Of a stretch of DNA of 64,000 bases, positions 56,386 to 64,000 are shown piece after piece. Below the pieces are notes generated by a model. That model made no database searches. It was not told where the DNA came from and was given only the letters and a program-made list of their open reading frames with translations. Both the position numbers and the translations under genes were made by a program. This DNA comes from a virus. The stretch is from the IMG/VR virus record IMGVR_UViG_3300045971_000208, positions 4,676 to 68,675 of that record. The stretch is one strand, 5' to 3'. How positions within the stretch are numbered: position 1 is the first letter of the stretch; each line of letters opens with the position of its first letter.

Positions 56386-56787
56386 ATGCCATTAAGCACG
56401 CATTATGCATATGATTTGAAAATAAATCAAACTGCAGGAATATTTTTAACTGATATTTTTATCGATGCATTTCCTGGGTGTGGGGAAATGCTAGTTGTAT
56501 CTAAAAATTTTAATAGTGCCATTGAGTGTGAACAATCGTTATCAGGTCTTTTATCATCCCTAAGTGCCGTCGAATCTCAGGCTATAGCTAGAAATCATGT
56601 TGTTGTAACTAAAAGAAATCCAGTTCTTACTGGTACCACAGCAACAGACAAAGACGATAACTGGGAAAGTAATGTTGTTTTGCGTGCATATGTGGCTGAC
56701 GCAGAGCAATTAAAGAAATCCGTTCTCAAATATAATCTATTTGCGCAGGTTAGGTCGGTTGATCTATACCAGGTGGGCTTACAATAA
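56386..56787 (+). CDS. hypothetical protein
   Basis: ATG 56386 in frame with ORF 56344. Confidence 0.65.
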   Translation: MPLSTHYAYDLKINQTAGIFLTDIFIDAFPGCGEMLVVSKNFNSAIECEQSLSGLLSSLSAVESQAIARNHVVVTKRNPVLTGTTATDKDDNWESNVVLRAYVADAEQLKKSVLKYNLFAQVRSVDLYQVGLQ

Positions 56788-56799
56788 ATCAGGTTTAGT

Positions 56800-56828
56800 T
56801 TTACAATTCAAAATTAGTGTGATATAAT
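56800..56828 (+). promoter_or_regulatory. sigma70-type promoter for the replication operon
   Basis: TTTACA 56800-56805, 17 nt, TATAAT 56823-56828; CAGGTT upstream at 56790-56795. Confidence 0.75.
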
Positions 56829-56868
56829 ACATCATACGGTATATTCATCTTTCATAGGAGAAATTTAG

Positions 56869-57192
56869 ATGGCAAAGAATCAGTTGGTCCCCGGTGGTAA
56901 GAAGCAATTCGTTGAAATCGCAACAGTTTTGCAGAGTCCTGAATTGAAAGCAAAGCTCCAAGGCTTTGTAGATGAAGTCCTCAAGGAGAAAGCAGCTATC
57001 CTTGACAAGCAGGAATCGATTAAGGTCCTTCGTGATCGCGCAGTTGAAACCCTGAATATCGAAGCCAAGATGTTTAACAATATTGTCAGTCTTTATTTCA
57101 ATAACAACTTCGAACAGAAGCATGATGAGCTTGAAAAGCTTACCCAAGTTATTGAACTCCTTACCAACCCAGCATCTATCGGGAACAAATAA
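56869..57192 (+). CDS. dsbA: T4 DsbA-like dsDNA-binding protein
   Basis: F..E......I......IK..R.RA...L....KMFN....LY pattern of T4 DsbA. Confidence 0.75.
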   Translation: MAKNQLVPGGKKQFVEIATVLQSPELKAKLQGFVDEVLKEKAAILDKQESIKVLRDRAVETLNIEAKMFNNIVSLYFNNNFEQKHDELEKLTQVIELLTNPASIGNK

Positions 57193-57392
57193 TGAAAAAG
57201 AATCTTATCATTACACTAGAACTTACTATTGAGGATCCAAATGGTCCTCTTGATGAAGTACGGATTTGTGAAATCAAAGCTCTAGTAGAAGAAGCTACCC
57301 AAGGTTCATTTGCAAAAGTAATGTGGAACTTTGGTAATTACCTTGACGCTGAAGTAAAAGAAGTGCAAGTTGTGGAGAGCTATGGCTTCTGA
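57192..57392 (+). CDS. hypothetical protein
   Basis: TAATG coupling. Confidence 0.6.
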   Translation: MKKNLIITLELTIEDPNGPLDEVRICEIKALVEEATQGSFAKVMWNFGNYLDAEVKEVQVVESYGF

Positions 57393-60162
57393 TCGCAATT
57401 ATGTAGCAGCTTGGACAAATTATCGCCGTGGAGGAAACGGCGAAATTGACGACATCCTGGTATTAGAGCGAGATAGAGATGGTACGCTACATCGTGTGCG
57501 GCACAATCCCCCATATTATTTTTATGTCCCTGATGAAGAGGGAGATTATACTAGCATCTGGGGTGATAAGCTTCTTCGAGCAGAATTTGCCTCGAAAGCT
57601 GAATATGAATATGCTAAATCAAAATACGATGTAAAATTTGAATCAGATTTCACGCCTATAAAACGAGTATTAATGGATTCGTATTATGGCCGTCCAGCTC
57701 CAGTAATTCATTTTGCCTTACTTGACATTGAAGTTGATTATTCTAAAAAGCTAGGTTTTTCCAGTCCAAAGAACCCGTATGCTGCTATCAATGCTGTAAC
57801 GGTTTATCAATCATGGACTAAAAAGTTTATTACGCTGGTAGTTCCACCAAAAGTAGATGGAATTCTTTGGACTAATATTCCAGGAAATTCAGTTCAAACT
57901 CTTAATGATGCTATAACGCAACTTATTAGTGAAAAGAAGTTGCGTGATGGATATATTCCTGAGATTGAAATCTGCAATGATGAGCATGAGCTTCTTAGAA
58001 AGATGCTTGCGGCTCTTGAAGATTCAGATATTATTTCTGGCTGGAATTCAGAGTTCTTCGATATTCCATACATTATTGAACGACTACGTTTGTCTGGTGG
58101 AGATAGTCTAGTAGCCCGAATGGAACATGCTGGTGCTCCGCTTCCGAAGAAGGAAATGCGTTCAAAATTTGCAGTTAAAAAAGGTCAGCAAACAGATGCA
58201 ATTAGCGAATTAGAGTTAACGTACATATTCTCTGGGCGGTCACATTTAGATTACATGGATCTGTTTAAGAAGTTTACCTTTGAAGGTAGAACATCGTATG
58301 CTTTGGGAAATATTCTTCAAGAAGAAGTTGGTGTTGGTAAACTTGAGTATGATGGTTCGCTTGAAGATCTGTATCATTACGACTTTCCTTTGTTCGTTGC
58401 CTATAACTTCCGAGACGTTGATGGACTATTGCAACTGAATGACAAGTTTAAATTCATGGCTCTTGCTAACCAGATGGCGCATGAAAACACCGTAAATTTT
58501 GCTGCAGTTCTAGGTACTGTATCGTATGTTGAAACTGGCATTACAAATCATGCACATAATGTTCTGAACAGAATCGTTCATGACAAGGTGATGGGTAACC
58601 ATGACAAGGTTGAAGGTGCCATTGTTATGACACCTAAGATTGGTTTACATGAATGGATTGGATCTGTTGACATCAACTCTCTTTATCCAAACGTTATCCG
58701 TTCTTTAAACATTTCTCCTGAGAAAATCATTGGTCAATTTACTGCCAAGGAACAAGCATGGAGAGATATTTGGGCTAAGAACGATAAGCGTCACTGCTTG
58801 ATCTTTGAAAATGGTGAACAAGAAGTAATGAGTGCAGCTGAATGGGCTGACATTCTTACTACTAATAAGTTTGCAATGTCTGCTTATGGTACAGTATTCG
58901 ATCAGGGTAATGGTCGAGGAGTAGTTGCAGATATCCTTGGATTCTGGTACAATGAACGTAAGCGTCTCCAGGCTGAAAAGAAGAAGTACGCCAAGCTTGC
59001 TAAAGATGAAAAAGATCCGGTAAAGAAAGCTGAGTATCAGAAGCTTGAAGAAGATTATGACTTGCTTCAGTTGACAAAGAAAATCTCGATGAACTCTTTG
59101 TATGGTGCAATGTTAAATGTTGCATTCAGATTTGGAGATGAACGAGCTGGAGCTTCTGTCACCGCGACTGGCCGCGCAATTACAACCCACATGATCGAAA
59201 CGATTGGTGAGATTTTGACAGGCAATTTAGACCCACTAGTTAAGACCACTACTACAGACAAAGATGGTAAGCTGGTACATGAATACTCTTCTCCTAATGA
59301 TTCGATCATCTATGGGGATACTGACTCATGCTATTACAAGACCTATGGCACAAATAAGGAAGAAGCCATTGAAGCTGCTGACCTTGCTGCTGAAGGTGTG
59401 AATGGTTCCTTCCCAAGGTTCATGCGTGAATCATTCTACTGTCAGCCAGAGTTTGATTGTCTAATTAAAGCTGGTCGTGAAATTGTTGGACGTCGTGGAT
59501 TGTTCCAAGCAAAGAAGAAGTACATGGTCAAGGTAATTGACTTGGAAGGTTTTGCTGTTAACAAGATGAAGTCCATGGGTTCAGAAATCAAGAAGGCTGA
59601 TACACCTAAAGTAATTCAGGTATTTTTGAAAGAAACAGTTGACATGATTCTAGAAGGTGCTGCATATCCTGATATTGTGAAGTATGTTAATGAGCAGCGA
59701 ATTGAAATCCTGAAAAAGAATAAGCTCAGCATCTTCTCCCTAGGGGTTGCAAAGCAAGTAAATAGTCTTGACAAGTACATGGCTGAATATCTAAACCCAG
59801 GAACACAGAAGTCCTTGGATAAGAACAGCAAGATGCGTAGTCTAACTATTCCAGGTCATGTGAAGGCTTCGTTGAATTACAACAAAGCACTTCAGCACTT
59901 TGATAAGGGTTCAAAAGAAATCCATTCAGGTGATAAGGTCATTCAGTTCTATTTGAAGAAGAATGAATTTGGGTTTGAGTCAATGGCTTTACCTTCAGAG
60001 CTCTCTAAGTTTCCGCAGTGGTTCACCGAGAATTTCCAAGTCAATGTAAAAATGACAGAAGATAAGATGTTTGATAACAAACTTGCAGGTATATTCTCAG
60101 CACTTGATTTGGATGTCCCATCACCTCAGTCAGTTTTAACCAACTCTATTTTAAGTTTTTAA
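57382..60162 (+). CDS. gp43: family B DNA polymerase
   Basis: DIEV (Exo I), GWNSEFFD, DINSLYP, KISMNSLYG, YGDTDS and KKKY motifs; GGAG SD before ATG 57382. Confidence 0.97.
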   Translation: MASDRNYVAAWTNYRRGGNGEIDDILVLERDRDGTLHRVRHNPPYYFYVPDEEGDYTSIWGDKLLRAEFASKAEYEYAKSKYDVKFESDFTPIKRVLMDSYYGRPAPVIHFALLDIEVDYSKKLGFSSPKNPYAAINAVTVYQSWTKKFITLVVPPKVDGILWTNIPGNSVQTLNDAITQLISEKKLRDGYIPEIEICNDEHELLRKMLAALEDSDIISGWNSEFFDIPYIIERLRLSGGDSLVARMEHAGAPLPKKEMRSKFAVKKGQQTDAISELELTYIFSGRSHLDYMDLFKKFTFEGRTSYALGNILQEEVGVGKLEYDGSLEDLYHYDFPLFVAYNFRDVDGLLQLNDKFKFMALANQMAHENTVNFAAVLGTVSYVETGITNHAHNVLNRIVHDKVMGNHDKVEGAIVMTPKIGLHEWIGSVDINSLYPNVIRSLNISPEKIIGQFTAKEQAWRDIWAKNDKRHCLIFENGEQEVMSAAEWADILTTNKFAMSAYGTVFDQGNGRGVVADILGFWYNERKRLQAEKKKYAKLAKDEKDPVKKAEYQKLEEDYDLLQLTKKISMNSLYGAMLNVAFRFGDERAGASVTATGRAITTHMIETIGEILTGNLDPLVKTTTTDKDGKLVHEYSSPNDSIIYGDTDSCYYKTYGTNKEEAIEAADLAAEGVNGSFPRFMRESFYCQPEFDCLIKAGREIVGRRGLFQAKKKYMVKVIDLEGFAVNKMKSMGSEIKKADTPKVIQVFLKETVDMILEGAAYPDIVKYVNEQRIEILKKNKLSIFSLGVAKQVNSLDKYMAEYLNPGTQKSLDKNSKMRSLTIPGHVKASLNYNKALQHFDKGSKEIHSGDKVIQFYLKKNEFGFESMALPSELSKFPQWFTENFQVNVKMTEDKMFDNKLAGIFSALDLDVPSPQSVLTNSILSF

Positions 60163-60163
60163 T

Positions 60164-60877
60164 ATGAAGCTCTCTAATCAAGATACACAAAATCTAGAAA
60201 ACATTCTAGCGACTGCAGCAGTTGGTAGCATTGATCAAATCATTATTGAAGATGGCGTTGTTCGTGGTGTAAATCCGGACAAGACTTTTGCTATCATCTC
60301 TAACTTCAATGTGCCGAAGTTCCCACAGAAGGTGGGTATTGCTCGCTTAAGTACTCTTGCACAGCGATTGGCAGTCTTTAAAGGTAAAGAACCAATTATT
60401 GATGCAAAGGAATCTGAGCGTGGAGAAATCTCTTCTCTTGAGATTGTTTGCGGTAAGAATAAGGTTCAGTTCCGTTGTACATCAACAATGTTGATCAAAG
60501 CTCCTAAGGCTATTGGAGATGAGTTTGACTGCACAATTAAACTAACTAAGGAAGAAACCAAGACTATTTTGGATGCTATCAGAGTTATGAGCTGCAAGAA
60601 AGTCACACTTAGTATCCGTAAAGGTGGTAATGTTCAGTTCGAAATCGCAGATGAATCGAATGACACCTTTAAGATTGCACTAGACAATCCCGCTGATAAG
60701 GAAGATGATTCAGTAGTTCATTACTACCAAGCTTCAGTATTGGTTGCTATTTTGAAATCAAAAATGGAATTCGATCTCGCAACACTTGATATCGGACTTC
60801 AAGGTACCATTAAGACAGATATTAATGGGCATAGTATTACAATGTTGCCGCAGATCGGCGACGATGCAGAGGAATAA
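60164..60877 (+). CDS. gp45: sliding clamp
   Basis: 237 aa, MKLS start, follows polB, GI..L..L pattern. Confidence 0.65.
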   Translation: MKLSNQDTQNLENILATAAVGSIDQIIIEDGVVRGVNPDKTFAIISNFNVPKFPQKVGIARLSTLAQRLAVFKGKEPIIDAKESERGEISSLEIVCGKNKVQFRCTSTMLIKAPKAIGDEFDCTIKLTKEETKTILDAIRVMSCKKVTLSIRKGGNVQFEIADESNDTFKIALDNPADKEDDSVVHYYQASVLVAILKSKMEFDLATLDIGLQGTIKTDINGHSITMLPQIGDDAEE

Positions 60878-60879
60878 TT

Positions 60880-61227
60880 ATGGAACACCCCAATGATACT
60901 ACTTCAACGTTATATTATCTTAGCGTAATAAAAGAACAATTGCAAGAAGCAAATAAGCAAGCTAATAAATGGGGCATTACTTTCGATGTAAGAATTGAAA
61001 CGACACCATCATTTTGTATTATGGTAACAGCTAAAAATGGTGGGCGAGCCTATATTAAACATATTCCATTGAATGATGTTCAGTATTTTGCTGATGATCC
61101 AAATGCTCTAGTGAATGAAATTGCTGAAGCAACTTATAGTGCTCTTTTAAAGGATATGCTTCGTGATGAACTTCGCGACCCTTTGAAGAAAGCAATTATT
61201 AATTGCGTAAGGATGGCTACAAAATGA
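60880..61227 (+). CDS. hypothetical protein
   Basis: GAGGA SD. Confidence 0.7.
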   Translation: MEHPNDTTSTLYYLSVIKEQLQEANKQANKWGITFDVRIETTPSFCIMVTAKNGGRAYIKHIPLNDVQYFADDPNALVNEIAEATYSALLKDMLRDELRDPLKKAIINCVRMATK

Positions 61228-61529
61228 AATCAAGATTCTTAATTTGGCTTCAAGAACGTTTCATGTCTTATTCAAAGACTCCTTGGAGCTGCTTTGAGAC
61301 AGATGGCATGAGTGATGATGGGCGCATTGGATGGTCGATGCGTTGGAATCAAGCATTTATTAAGCATCTGCAATCAAAAGGTTTTCAGGGTATAACAGAT
61401 GAAGAGACTGTTCAGCAGTTCTTTATGATGAGCCAAATGATGCCTGATGAATTGGTGCAGCAAGGTGAGACAGTTAATCCTGCTGCAATGCCTAACCTTA
61501 CTAATGAAGCTAACACCTTGCGGAGATAA
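61224..61529 (+). CDS. hypothetical protein
   Basis: ATGA overlap; PW...WN.AFI..L...G..G..DEE.V. Confidence 0.7.
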   Translation: MKSRFLIWLQERFMSYSKTPWSCFETDGMSDDGRIGWSMRWNQAFIKHLQSKGFQGITDEETVQQFFMMSQMMPDELVQQGETVNPAAMPNLTNEANTLRR

Positions 61530-61531
61530 TC

Positions 61532-61819
61532 ATGGATAAAACTGAACGCTATAATGAGATTGTTCAAGAAATGTTTCAAATGCTTTTTGACTGTAGGGAT
61601 TCTGGTAATTATTCTGCCATAGAACGAAAGCTCCAGGAGTTGTTGATGACTTTAAATCGGCACCAAGCTGATGAGATTGCGTTGTACTTGCGATCCTGCG
61701 CAGTGGAAAAGAATAATCTGCCTACCTGGCAAATGCTTTTGCTTCGTGGTATTGAGCTTGGTAAGATGCAAGGCATCGATACTGATGATGCCTTTATGGG
61801 TTTACTTGCTTACAAATAA
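61532..61819 (+). CDS. hypothetical protein
   Basis: GGAG SD. Confidence 0.7.
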   Translation: MDKTERYNEIVQEMFQMLFDCRDSGNYSAIERKLQELLMTLNRHQADEIALYLRSCAVEKNNLPTWQMLLLRGIELGKMQGIDTDDAFMGLLAYK

Positions 61820-61829
61820 AGCTTATAAT
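61801..61829 (+). promoter_or_regulatory. sigma70-type promoter (probably leaderless HNH transcript)
   Basis: TTTACT 61801-61806, 17 nt, TATAAT 61824-61829; ATG at 61837. Confidence 0.6.
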
Positions 61830-61836
61830 AAAACCT

Positions 61837-62298
61837 ATGACACCTGAAGGTAAACGTAATATGTCTAAAGCTTTGAAGGGTAATTCTAAATTATCCGAAG
61901 CTATAAGACAGCTTCATGCTCGGCGAATTGCAAGTGGTGAAGATGCAAAAATTCGAGAGAAGATTAAAGCAACGCGAATAGCTAAAGGTGATTGGAGACC
62001 TCATGATGAAACTGCATGGGCTGCTTTCAGAAAACAAGTCAGAGTTATTACATCTAAACAGCCTGCGCAATTACTTCCTAATTATGACAAGCGAGGACGG
62101 GGAAAGGGTAAATACCACCTTGATCATATCGTAAGTCAGAAGGTTGGTTTTGATTTAGGGTTTACACCTTGGTTTATAGGGCACATTAATAATCTGCAGA
62201 TGATACCTGAACATGAAAATTGTTCAAAGCAGCAGTGGACAAGTGATGATGCGATTCTCGATTTATGGTTTAGTACAACAGAGACTTTTGACATATGA
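61837..62298 (+). CDS. HNH endonuclease
   Basis: YHLDHIVS...NLQMI...EN.SK. Confidence 0.8.
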   Translation: MTPEGKRNMSKALKGNSKLSEAIRQLHARRIASGEDAKIREKIKATRIAKGDWRPHDETAWAAFRKQVRVITSKQPAQLLPNYDKRGRGKGKYHLDHIVSQKVGFDLGFTPWFIGHINNLQMIPEHENCSKQQWTSDDAILDLWFSTTETFDI

Positions 62299-63290
62299 AA
62301 CGTTTGATTTTTGACACAGCAAATATTTTGTTTCGTGTTCATGCTGCTAATAGTGCGAAAAATAAGGGTGCTCCTATAGAAGAAAGTGCAGGTTTTGCAA
62401 TGCACGTTGCATTGCGGTCTCTAAACAAATACTACAAGCAGTTCAAACCAGATCAAGTTGCTGTTACATTTGAAGGTGCAAAGAATTGGCGTAAAGATTA
62501 TACCAAATCTCCCAATTGCAAATCTGGTAAAGTCTACAAAGCAAATCGTGTAAAGGATTCCTCTATGGAACCTTTCTTTGAGTTGATAAAAGCATTCGAA
62601 GAACTTGCACGCAAGCACACCTCATTAGTTTGTTTATCCAATCCTCTTCTTGAAGGCGATGATCTCTTTGCTGGTTATGTTCGACGCTTTACAGATCAAG
62701 GTGATGAAGTTATTGGGGTCTCTGGAGATAAGGACTTCGTACAGCTTTGGAAGCACAAAGGCTTCACGCTCATCAATCCAGATAATGGTAAGCCTCGCAC
62801 ATTGATTGACACTTGCGGCGTTGATGATGCAGATTACTTCATGTTTGAGAAAGCATTTCGCGGCGATAAGGGTGATAATGTATTCCCAGCATATCCTCGA
62901 GTTCAAGCAAAGCGTTTGCAGAAAGCAATCAATGATGATTATGAGCTCACCAAGCTGATGAATGAGACTTGGAAGTTTAAGGACCCTGAGACTGGAGCTG
63001 AGACCGAATATTTGGTCTCAGAGTTGTTTGAAGAGAACAATGTTCTAATGAACCTTGAATGCCAGCCAGATAATATCAAGAAAGTTATTGAAGAGACTCT
63101 TGATCATGAGTTAGTTAATCATGGGAAGTTCTCTCACTTCCACTTTACTAAGTTTTGTGGTAAGTTTGGGTTGAAGCAGATTGCAGAGGATGCAACATCC
63201 TTTGTGAACATGTTTAGTGTAACAGGACAGCGATCTCCTTTGAAGGATGAAACGACTGCTGTTCGTAAGAAAGCTTTACTCGAATTTTAA
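62295..63290 (+). CDS. rnh: T4-type RNase H / 5'-3' flap exonuclease
   Basis: LIFD, NWRK, YKANR, EGDD, SGDKDFVQL and GDKGDNV motifs. Confidence 0.92.
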   Translation: MKRLIFDTANILFRVHAANSAKNKGAPIEESAGFAMHVALRSLNKYYKQFKPDQVAVTFEGAKNWRKDYTKSPNCKSGKVYKANRVKDSSMEPFFELIKAFEELARKHTSLVCLSNPLLEGDDLFAGYVRRFTDQGDEVIGVSGDKDFVQLWKHKGFTLINPDNGKPRTLIDTCGVDDADYFMFEKAFRGDKGDNVFPAYPRVQAKRLQKAINDDYELTKLMNETWKFKDPETGAETEYLVSELFEENNVLMNLECQPDNIKKVIEETLDHELVNHGKFSHFHFTKFCGKFGLKQIAEDATSFVNMFSVTGQRSPLKDETTAVRKKALLEF

Positions 63291-63315
63291 CCTGTAATCA
63301 GTCAGAGAGACTCCT

Positions 63316-63323
63316 ATAAATAT
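63316..63323 (+). promoter_or_regulatory. T4-type late promoter
   Basis: TATAAATA. Confidence 0.75.
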
Positions 63324-63391
63324 CAGGTGAATATTCAACTGTGGGTTCTTAAAACGTATGCACGTTATCCCACTATACTAAAGGAGTCTCT

Positions 63392-63832
63392 ATGGCAACA
63401 CAAGCACGCGATACAATCGAATTATCCCCAACATCTCTTCCACATATTTTCTTGTGCGATATTGATGATTCTGGTCTTCTTAAAGAAATCATGGTTGTTA
63501 AGAAGTTCAAAGATGGTTCTTTGTACTACATTGAAATCGAATCTCTTCATAGCATTGACAAGGGTCGCATTAAGAAGATTGTTACTTCACAACATGCTGA
63601 CAAGTATGAAGCATGGGAATTGTTGTCCCAATCCCGTTTGTCAAATGGTATGAATGCACTTGACTTCTTCCATAGCAACAACGTAAAGGCTAAGCGTCCT
63701 AAGGGTGCTCGCGCAGTTACTGGCGGTGGATTGGATTCAGTACAGGCATATGGTTCGGATAAAATGGTAGGTTCTGACTTCACTAATCCAGCTGAAGCAA
63801 CTCTTGATCAGACAACTAAGAACTTCCTTTAA
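63392..63832 (+). CDS. hypothetical protein
   Basis: AAGGAG SD; bounded by promoter and terminator. Confidence 0.8.
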   Translation: MATQARDTIELSPTSLPHIFLCDIDDSGLLKEIMVVKKFKDGSLYYIEIESLHSIDKGRIKKIVTSQHADKYEAWELLSQSRLSNGMNALDFFHSNNVKAKRPKGARAVTGGGLDSVQAYGSDKMVGSDFTNPAEATLDQTTKNFL

Positions 63833-63852
63833 GATTAATTAATTTTAATTGT

Positions 63853-63890
63853 ACTGGGACCTTGAAGAAATTCAGGTCCCAGTTTTGTTT
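63853..63890 (+). terminator. intrinsic terminator
   Basis: ACTGGGACCT...AGGTCCCAGT followed by a T-rich tract. Confidence 0.85.
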
Positions 63891-63928
63891 TATAGTACTT
63901 TTAGTTATAATAAATGATACTCACCCAG

Positions 63929-63936
63929 TATAAATA
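63929..63936 (+). promoter_or_regulatory. T4-type late promoter
   Basis: TATAAATA. Confidence 0.7.
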
Positions 63937-64000
63937 ATAGTTCATCATCTATATTTTGATATGAAAGCTCTGCTCTCTAACGTAAGAAAGTAAGACCAAC

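Noticed and set aside
57382-60162. Intein or intron in DNA polymerase (also checked thyA and topoisomerase)
   Set aside because: ORFs are continuous, of normal length, with motifs at the expected spacing.
1-64000. Stop-codon reassignment or tRNA genes
   Set aside because: Core genes are intact in code 11 and all three stops are used. No cloverleaf was seen and intergenic gaps are short; tRNAscan-SE would confirm.

Overview
This is a 64-kb segment of a large T4-related, probably jumbo, myovirus genome. It uses the standard genetic code, is densely coding and lies mostly on the + strand. Layout: (i) 0-11.6 kb is an accessory region of small genes driven by a repeated sigma70-type early promoter with a fixed CAGGTT box, interrupted by an antisense late cassette of four putative internal-head proteins. 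(ii) Type II topoisomerase genes are flanked by homing-endonuclease-like genes and followed by DnaJ, a SLOG-like protein, ThyA, a macrodomain, a putative ADP-ribosyltransferase and a PD-(D/E)xK-like protein. (iii) 24-38 kb is a cluster of large modular fibre/structural proteins. (iv) ClpP, PhoH and two paralogous fibre genes follow; the fibre genes share a covarying double-hairpin 5' leader. (v) Two RNA ligases, a Pth2-like protein, a kinase and a DEDDh exonuclease are interleaved with Seg-like endonucleases. (vi) The window ends with DsbA, family-B DNA polymerase, sliding clamp and RNase H. T4-type late promoters (TATAAATA) occur throughout. I recognised no tRNA, CRISPR array, intron or intein by eye. 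All functional calls come from motif recognition; no database search was run.
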